A stretch of 64,000 bases of DNA from Candidatus Villigracilis propinquus (GTDB lineage Bacteria > Chloroflexota > Anaerolineae > Anaerolineales > Villigracilaceae), in contig JADKDM010000014.1 of NCBI GenBank assembly GCA_016714565.1, positions 77,385 through 141,384 of the forward strand, written 5' to 3'. The position numbers and the translations under genes are program-made. Position 1 is the first letter of the stretch. Each line of letters starts with the position of its first letter. Shown here piece after piece: positions 57,680-64,000 of this stretch. The notes under the pieces were generated by a model. The model made no database searches, was not told the DNA's origin, and was given only the letters and a program-made list of their open reading frames with translations.

Positions 57680-58047
57680 ATATAAGTATGATAATGATTT
57701 AGTAATATTAGTAGGGGGTGTGGATACTGTGGACAAACGCTATTCACCCCCACATACAGGATGACTTGCTGCGCCTCCCACCACGCCTATGCTTGATCGC
57801 CCTTTTTCAACATTCGCCACACTGTGGAGAGATTCGGGATAACTTATCCACAAAATGGAAGCTCATTTTTTCACTTTTTGCGAGTCTTCCATATATTGGA
57901 TTTCACAAATTCCACCCCCCATATATGGGGGTGGCGGTTTTCTCGTCCCCAGCCCAATTTTCCGAAAAGCAAAGGTATTGTCCACAGGGGAGGGGAGTTT
58001 TCCACAGTTTCAGGGGAGTTATCCACAGTTTGGGCGTTTGTGGAAAA
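57680..58047. promoter_or_regulatory. oriC: Putative chromosomal origin oriC
   Basis: DnaA boxes at 57719-27, 57728-36, 57844-52 (perfect), 57978-86, 57998-58006, 58019-27 (perfect), 58039-47; DnaA-trios TAG TAA TAT TAG TAG at 57700-57714; AT-rich flank. Confidence 0.85.
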
Positions 58048-58133
58048 CTGTTGTCTAAACAAGCACCCCTAAATATGGCCTACTGATGGGATATTTCGGA
58101 TAGCAATCGTGAGAAATGTGGGTCTGGGCTAAC

Positions 58134-58217
58134 TGCGTCGCGCCAGGCGGGGAATGACGCCCATTAACCGTAGAAGCTAGCCAATAAGATCATCTTCATC
58201 GAATCTGGCACGACGCA
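58134..58217. repeat. Short element bounded by 13-bp inverted repeats (possible MITE remnant)
   Basis: TGCGTCGCGCCAG .. CTGGCACGACGCA (12/13); no clear target duplication. Confidence 0.4.
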
Positions 58218-58229
58218 CTCCAAACTCTT

Positions 58230-59288
58230 CTACTCCTCGTGCCCATGCCTGTGATGAAGGTCTGGCATGTGATCGTGCTCGTGTTCCTCCGCCGCGTGTT
58301 CATGTTCATGTGAATGTGTGCTCACCGTAACCGAGTCGTGAGCGTGGGCGGGGTCGTCATGCCTGTGGCTGTGCTCATGGAACATAGCCGTGTGCGTGTG
58401 AGAATGAGCGTGTACCTCATTGATCAGCAGGAGCGCGCCGATGATCATCAAAATCCCAGCAAGGCTATACGCAAAAGATGGAGATTCGCCGAATATTATG
58501 ATGGACAACAACACCCCCGCCAGCGGAGCCGTTCCATATAAGGCGCTTGTGCGTGCTGCACCCAGCCCACGCATGGAGAGGATGAACAGGATCGTGCTCA
58601 ACCCGTAGCTGACAAATCCCAGGATCATTGTGCTGATGATGGATGTAAATGACGGCATTGCGTTTCCAAGCAGAAAAGCCAGCAGGAAAGAAAAGGTTCC
58701 GGCAGTCACACCCTTCCACGCCACAATGACGAGCGGGTCTTTGCCTGAGATATTGCGTGTCAAGTTATTGTCCAACCCCCAAAGCACGCAAGCGAGGATG
58801 ATCCCCAACGCGCCGAGGGAAAGACCAATGCCTTCCGAAAAATTGGTAGAAAGGAAAACGCTTGCAAGCGTAATCACGAGGATCGCCATCCATGCCCGGC
58901 GGCTGATGGCTTCCTTGAAGAATAACAACGCGATCAGAGTTGTGCCGACACCCTCAAAATTCAAAAGCAGCGAGGCCGTGGATGCAGGAGTGTTTTGCAG
59001 GCTGACCATCAACACAATGGGAGCCATCACCCCGCCGGAGAGGATCGCCCCTGCCAGCCATTTGATATCTTCCTTTTTTATGCCCGCTTCCTTCTGTTGT
59101 GCGGGGCGGGCGATCCTTTGGCTTAGCTTGATGAGCGAGACACCCGTTCCGCTGCCAAGGTAAAGGAACGCTGCAAGAAAGATGGGCGAAATATCCCCAA
59201 GCAATAGTTTTGCAAAAGGAGCACTCGCGCCGAAGAAGACGGCGGCTGTTAGAGCTTGTAAAACGAAGGGCAGGGTTTTTGTTTTCAT
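58230..59288 (-). CDS. EamA/DMT transporter with a His-rich C-terminal tail
   Basis: About ten TMs; SLLLNFEG, WGLDNNLTR, LGAART; tail HAHSHTH..PDLHHRHGH. Confidence 0.9.
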   Translation of the reverse strand: MKTKTLPFVLQALTAAVFFGASAPFAKLLLGDISPIFLAAFLYLGSGTGVSLIKLSQRIARPAQQKEAGIKKEDIKWLAGAILSGGVMAPIVLMVSLQNTPASTASLLLNFEGVGTTLIALLFFKEAISRRAWMAILVITLASVFLSTNFSEGIGLSLGALGIILACVLWGLDNNLTRNISGKDPLVIVAWKGVTAGTFSFLLAFLLGNAMPSFTSIISTMILGFVSYGLSTILFILSMRGLGAARTSALYGTAPLAGVLLSIIIFGESPSFAYSLAGILMIIGALLLINEVHAHSHTHTAMFHEHSHRHDDPAHAHDSVTVSTHSHEHEHAAEEHEHDHMPDLHHRHGHEE

Positions 59289-59367
59289 CCGTTTTTCCTC
59301 AACCGTTAAAGAATATTAATTTAGTCGCTCACCTTACGCAGTGTCGCTGGCACTCAGGGAATCACGA

Positions 59368-59706
59368 TTAGTTATGAAAAAGGTGGTTTGCCAGCGGAAA
59401 AATATTGATCAAAGCTTCCTCGTACGGATGAATGCTTTTGATGACTTTGACCGCCTCATTCACCAGTTCCCGCCTGCAATTGACTTCGATCTTGTATTCG
59501 ATCCCCTCGCTGATCTTGCCGATCTCCCCTTCAAATGGATTCGCCCCTTCCAGCGGACGATAATATCCCTGCACAGGATAGATTGCCACACAATGATCGT
59601 AATTCCCGATCCTGCCCACCCCTATCTTTGCAAGTTCATCGCGGATCTTCAAGGCATATTCCTGCGGGACGAATATCTCAAGCTTTACATCGGTGAAGTT
59701 TTCCAT
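59368..59706 (-). CDS. YqfO/Nif3 insert-like (PII-like) small protein
   Basis: KLEIFVP, GRIGNYDHC, GANPFEG, HPYEE. Confidence 0.85.
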   Translation of the reverse strand: MENFTDVKLEIFVPQEYALKIRDELAKIGVGRIGNYDHCVAIYPVQGYYRPLEGANPFEGEIGKISEGIEYKIEVNCRRELVNEAVKVIKSIHPYEEALINIFPLANHLFHN

Positions 59707-59718
59707 AATTATTTACTT

Positions 59719-60618
59719 TTATTTTGCGGTTGCATGAATATCGATGAAATCCCCGATCTCTTCAAATGCCTTTTTACTTTCGGGGAGCAAATCTCCCAGT
59801 GCCGGCCAGACATGCCACAGATCATCCCAGACCGTCAACGTCACATCTACGCCTTCGGCTTTGGCTTTCTCAGCCAGCATAACGGCATCATCCAACAACA
59901 CCTCATCACTGCCAACCTGGATCAGAATCGGTGGAAAATCATGGAAGTCTGCGTAGATCGGAGAGATCAGCGGGTGATCTGGTTTTTCTTTCCCAACGTA
60001 ATGAGACGCCCATTCACGCAAGACATCCGTCAGAAGCACCGGGTCTGGTTCGGCTTTGGTGATGTGAGATCGGCCTGTAAAAGTTAAGTCCGTCCATGGG
60101 GATAAACAAACGATGGCGGCTGGCAGCGGATCCCCCGCATCTCTCAACGCCTGAACAGCAGCCAGGCTTAACCCACCGCCAGCTGAATCGCCAGAGATAA
60201 TGATGTTCTTTGGCGAATAACCCTGTGCCAATATCCAGCGATAGACATTCACCGCATCATCCACGGCAGCAGGGAAGGGATGCTCGGGTGCGAGGCGATA
60301 TTCAGGAAGGAGTAGTCTTGCTTTCAGTGTCTGCGCCAACGGGATGCACATCATCAAGTGTGAATCTGCTCCGCCGGTCACATATCCCCCGCCGTGCAAA
60401 TGCAAAATAATCCTGCCTGAAATTGAGTCGTTTGGAGAAATCCATTTGGAATGCAGACCATCCGCGTTAACGTCTGTAACCGTCACGCCTTTCGGTATGC
60501 GCATTAACTTTGAGGTGCTGGCAGAACGGGCGCGATTTCCCTCAATCGTCAGTCGTTTTTCTTTGAACAGCTTACGAATGATGATTTTCCAGAAGCGGGC
60601 TTGCAGGCTGATCGGCAT
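59719..60618 (-). CDS. Alpha/beta hydrolase (HSL/family IV esterase)
   Basis: HGGGY, YRLAPEHPFPAA, GDSAGG, EVLLDD, LWHVW. Confidence 0.93.
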   Translation of the reverse strand: MPISLQARFWKIIIRKLFKEKRLTIEGNRARSASTSKLMRIPKGVTVTDVNADGLHSKWISPNDSISGRIILHLHGGGYVTGGADSHLMMCIPLAQTLKARLLLPEYRLAPEHPFPAAVDDAVNVYRWILAQGYSPKNIIISGDSAGGGLSLAAVQALRDAGDPLPAAIVCLSPWTDLTFTGRSHITKAEPDPVLLTDVLREWASHYVGKEKPDHPLISPIYADFHDFPPILIQVGSDEVLLDDAVMLAEKAKAEGVDVTLTVWDDLWHVWPALGDLLPESKKAFEEIGDFIDIHATAK

Positions 60619-61682
60619 CAGATGCGTACGTTTCTGCCAAACCCCGGCTGAACAAGTATCTTTCCATCTTTGAAGGCTTCGGTTCCGCGCAGGACAACGC
60701 GGGTCACTTTACCTTTGACCTTCCAGCCTTCGAACGGAGTCCAATTGCAGCGGGTGAATTGATCTGCCGCTTTGATCTCGTAGGTTGCGTTCTCATCCAC
60801 TTCCACCCAGGTTTCGGGTTGTTCGGGCAGGTTGAAAATCTTTCGTGGATTGACATGCATTTTTTGAATAAGATCGTCTAAGGTCAAACGTCCAAGGTCA
60901 ACAGCGGTGAGTAAAAGAGGCAGCGCAGTTTCCAAACCGGGGAATCCGGGCGGTGGATTTTCGCCGTCCTTTTCTTCAATGGTGTGCGGAGCGTGGTCTG
61001 TGGCGAAACAATCGATGACATCCAGATTTGTCCACAGGCTATCCACATCCTCTTTTGTTGCCAAACGCGGGCGGACTTCTCCGCGGCCGGGATGTCCATT
61101 GGAGATGGCGGGAATATCATCCTTCGACAGGAACAAATGATGCGGGCCGACTTCACAGGTCACTTTGATGCCGCGTTCCTTGGCAGCTTTGATGACCAGA
61201 ATTTCTTCTTTCAATGAAACATGCGCGATGTGAACGGAGCGGTCATACATGGCGGCGAATAGAATTGCGGCGGCCATGGTCCGGCTTTCGGAGTGCGCTA
61301 CGATGGGCTGATTGCGCGGATACTTCTCGAAATGCGGCTGCCAGAGTGACATGTCATCGAGGCGCAGTTCCCCAAAGGTGGAATCGAGGTACATCTTTAG
61401 CCCCGCAGCTGTCCCTGAGAGCGAAGCGGCAATTGCAGCGTTATCGGGGCCTGCGCCGATATATTGTCCATAGTCACAGCGTGCCTTTTGTTTCGCCGCA
61501 TCCAGCGCCAGATCAAGCGTTGATTTATCGAAGATCGGCGGCTTCGTGTTGGGCATGGCCAGCACGGTGGTGAATCCACCGGCGAGCGCGGCGGATGTGC
61601 CGGAGTCGAAATCTTCTTTGTGCGTCGCGCCAGGTTCGCGCAAATGGACATGGGGGTCAATTAAGCCGGGGAGTTTGATCAT
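60618..61682 (-). CDS. pyrC: Dihydroorotase (CAD-like type)
   Basis: [40 protein letters not shown]. Confidence 0.93.
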   Translation of the reverse strand: MIKLPGLIDPHVHLREPGATHKEDFDSGTSAALAGGFTTVLAMPNTKPPIFDKSTLDLALDAAKQKARCDYGQYIGAGPDNAAIAASLSGTAAGLKMYLDSTFGELRLDDMSLWQPHFEKYPRNQPIVAHSESRTMAAAILFAAMYDRSVHIAHVSLKEEILVIKAAKERGIKVTCEVGPHHLFLSKDDIPAISNGHPGRGEVRPRLATKEDVDSLWTNLDVIDCFATDHAPHTIEEKDGENPPPGFPGLETALPLLLTAVDLGRLTLDDLIQKMHVNPRKIFNLPEQPETWVEVDENATYEIKAADQFTRCNWTPFEGWKVKGKVTRVVLRGTEAFKDGKILVQPGFGRNVRI

Positions 61683-61689
61683 TTTGTGA

Positions 61690-61759
61690 GTATAAATGTA
61701 AACAGGTACACATGTAAATATGTGTACCTGTTTTTTTGTTTACGTTTTTACTTGACTAC
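61690..61759. repeat. 8-mer tandem-unit hairpin between uraA and pyrC
   Basis: GTATAAAT GTAAACAG GTACACAT facing ATGTGTAC..TTGTTTAC GTTTTTAC TTGACTAC. Confidence 0.7.
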
Positions 61760-63207
61760 TTTGTACTCGGCTTAAACACCTGAAACACCAAATTCAAAAG
61801 AATGCCGACCACTGCGCCGGTGGCGATGGCAGGCCAGCCGTTGGGGAAGATACCCGTCAACGCGGGGATGGGCAGGAAGCTGTTGAAGCCGATGTGACCG
61901 CCAATACCGATGACCATGATGGCCGCACCGATGGCGAGATTCTTCGGGTCGAACATATCCACTTTTTCGGCGATGAGCAGGGCAATGCCTTGCATACCGA
62001 TCACACCGAAGAGATAGATGGCAAGCCCGCCGCTGACCGCAGTTGGGATGGATGTGACCACGCCTGCGAGATGTCCGCTGAAGGCCATGACGATGGCAAT
62101 GACGCCCGCCGCGATAAGCGACACGCCGGAGTAGTTGCGGCTGATGACCATCAGTGAATTGTTCTCGCCATAGTTCGTGCCAGCCGAGCCGCCCAACATC
62201 CCGTTGATGGTGTCGCCGATGCCGTCGAGGATCAGGTTGAAACCGATGAATTCGCTCAAGCCATATTTCTCGCGTTTTTGTTCCTCGGCGAGGTGATCCA
62301 CATACAAACCGATCTGATACAGATGCGCGGTTGATTCAGGCACCGTGGCGATCGCCATGATAGCAATGCTCACAATGGCTGTGGCACTCAAGGATGAAGT
62401 GAAGTTCGGGAAGGTAATGTGCGGCACTGTGAAAACAGATGCACTGGTGATGGATGCAAAATTCACCATGCCCATTGCTGCGGCCACAACATACCCAACG
62501 ATGGCGCCAAACAAGATCGGCAGCATTCCAAGAAATCCCTTGCCCTGCAAATAAACAGAAAAAAGGATCGTCGAGAACAGCGTCACCATCGCCACCGTCC
62601 ACCATTGCACCGAGCCGCCAGCCATACCGCCCGCCACGCCAGATGCCATATCCAATGCGGCTTTGCCAAGCGCGAACCCGATCACCGCGGCAACTGTGCC
62701 GGTCACGATCGGCGGCAGGACCACATCGATCGCCTTGCGTCCACCGGCATAACGGATGATGAGGCCGATCAGAATATTGATTACACCTGTCACCACAATG
62801 CCCGCCTGCGCCACACCGATCAACTCATCACTGGCAGGCACACCGAATGAGGCATTTGTCACGGCCAGCACCGCCGCAATATAAGAAAACGACGAGCCAT
62901 AATACAACGGGATGAATTTCCCGATCCCATACCGTGAACCAAGCAGTGCCACGATGGTCGCCATGCCCGAAGCCAGCAGCACCGTGCTGACATGGAAGCC
63001 GACCAGCAAAGCCACCAACACCGTCGCGGGGAACATCGTCAATGCATGTTGGAAGCCAAGCAGATGATCTGTCCGATGGGCGGGACATCATTGGGCAAAT
63101 AGCCCATCACAACCAGGACCGGACGCCTCCTTCCTAACCTCGGCCGGCTTCTGCGCTACAGGCTGACTCTTCCCTTTTGGTTTTTCCTTGCTTTGTTTTG
63201 TTGCCAT
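61756..63207 (-). CDS. uraA: Uracil/xanthine permease, NCS2 family (two probable indels at about 63062 and 63115)
   Basis: ATG at 63207 after AGGAGA; YLPNDVPP and GFQHALTMF in shifted frames; GSSFSYI, TNYGENN, LFGVIG. Confidence 0.88.
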
Positions 63208-63244
63208 AACCATTCTCCTCTTATTTGGTTTGGGGATGAGATAT

Positions 63245-63273
63245 AAAAAAAGAGAGCCGCAAAAGCGACTCTC
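63245..63273 (-). terminator. Attenuator terminator upstream of uraA-pyrC
   Basis: GAGAGTCGC-TTTT-GCGGCTCTC-T7 on the minus strand, between the promoter and the first gene. Confidence 0.8.
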
Positions 63274-63277
63274 GAAT

Positions 63278-63343
63278 TCATAAAATAGAAACACCCGTCC
63301 CGAAGAATTGATGCTTTGGATGGGTGTGCTTTTTTCTATACAT
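63278..63343 (-). CDS. Putative pyr leader peptide MYRKKHTHPKHQFFGTGVSIL
   Basis: ATG 10 nt after the -10; stop 4 nt before the terminator stem; covers a hairpin plus U-rich pause-like site. Confidence 0.5.
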   Translation of the reverse strand: MYRKKHTHPKHQFFGTGVSIL

Positions 63344-63353
63344 ATTGCGCCGA

Positions 63354-63381
63354 ATTTTACGCTGATTCGAAATGATGTCAA
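63354..63381 (-). promoter_or_regulatory. Promoter of the uraA-pyrC leader
   Basis: TTGACA-N16-TAAAAT on the minus strand. Confidence 0.7.
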
Positions 63382-63530
63382 GATATTGGAGCACGTGAAA
63401 ATAACAGAGTTTTTTTGTTCCTCCAAAACAAGCCCATGTTCTCCTTGAATTTTGTGTACAAAAAAACTTGATACTTGACACTTGACCCCTAAAACCTGAT
63501 ACTAGGCCATTCCATTTCAGTGAGGTCTTC

Positions 63531-64000
63531 ATGTCCAAAGAAAAAGCGAGTAACCGGTGGGTCGTGGTCGTCATATTTTTCTTTTTCATGCTTTTGCATC
63601 AAACCGATAAGTTGATGATCGGCTCGCTGCAAGTGCAGATCAGCAACGACTTCAACATTGATAATACACAATGGGGATTGGTCAATTCAGGTGCCTTGAT
63701 CGTGGCAACCGTGCTTTACCCGATCTGGGGATATTTATATGACCGTTATTCACGTACCAAGCTGCTGGCCTTCGCATCCTTTGTGTGGGGCGGCACCACA
63801 TGGCTCAATGCCATCGTCCGATCCTTTGGCGGATTTTTAGCCACCCGCGCATCCACCGGCATTGACGACTCATCCTATCCCGGCTTGTATACCTTGATCG
63901 CCGATTATTTTGGCCCCAGTCTGCGCGGCAAGATCTACGGTATTTTGCAACTTGCCCAGCCTCTGGGTTATCTCGTCGGCATGATCCTTGCCTTGATGGT
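63531..64000 (+). CDS. MFS transporter (partial, runs off the window end)
   Basis: Read by hand: MSKEKASNRWVVVVIFFFFMLLHQTDK..WGYLYDRYSRTKLL..RASTGIDDSSYPG..IADYF..RGKIYG. Confidence 0.9.
   Translation, partial: MSKEKASNRWVVVVIFFFFMLLHQTDKLMIGSLQVQISNDFNIDNTQWGLVNSGALIVATVLYPIWGYLYDRYSRTKLLAFASFVWGGTTWLNAIVRSFGGFLATRASTGIDDSSYPGLYTLIADYFGPSLRGKIYGILQLAQPLGYLVGMILALM

Noticed and set aside
58125-58225. Integron attC site
   Set aside because: It begins with CTAAC but has no matching GTTRRRY end or L-box geometry; kept only as an IR-bounded remnant.
20295-63207. Programmed frameshifts or pseudogenes in phnC, the PPDK-like gene, M3 peptidase, enoyl-CoA hydratase and uraA
   Set aside because: Each is a single-base indel in a short G/T/C run with otherwise intact protein and no slippery heptamer; the pattern fits long-read error.
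63245-63345. PyrR-binding attenuator
   Set aside because: No ARUCCNGNGAGGYU loop is visible; the leader-peptide model fits better.
1-64000. CRISPR array, prophage or intact transposase
   Set aside because: No regularly spaced identical repeats with unique spacers, and no cas, phage or transposase ORFs recognised.

Overview
A 64-kb core-chromosome segment, most likely from an Anaerolineales-type Chloroflexota bacterium. The lineage call is inferred from protein styles, Pro/Thr-rich lipoprotein linkers, AGAAC-N4-GTTCT SOS boxes and spoVS. The assembly looks long-read: single-base indels break several housekeeping genes, and there are two garbled G-rich tracts. The window appears to span the replication origin. 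A DnaA-box cluster with tandem boxes, a G/C spacer, DnaA-trios and an AT-rich tract lies at about 57.68-58.05 kb, next to spoVS and inside a scattered pyrimidine cluster. dnaN is about 22 kb away without dnaA, and two parS palindromes sit at 30.4 and 31.1 kb. Housekeeping content includes folP, tRNA-Val(TAC), lipA, pdxST, dnaN, gdhA, glutaryl-CoA dehydrogenase, pyrC/D/E/F, a uracil permease, phosphonate-type and Pst-type ABC transporters, two ECF sigma modules and a Ser/Thr kinase. Most notable observations: (1) an Rrf2-controlled Pst-like ABC transporter whose binding protein has lost most phosphate-binding Ser/Thr residues, a candidate non-phosphate (sulfate?) transporter; (2) a rhodanese lipoprotein with an in-frame UGA plus SECIS-like hairpin (selenoprotein); (3) a dnaA-uncoupled oriC; (4) a LexA-boxed membrane protein; (5) a pyrL-like leader peptide/attenuator; (6) a cassette bounded by a duplicated lipA 3' end; (7) two MITEs with 8-bp target duplications; (8) a family of hairpins built from 7-, 8- or 9-nt tandem units at gene junctions. 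No CRISPR array, rRNA, prophage or intact transposase was seen.
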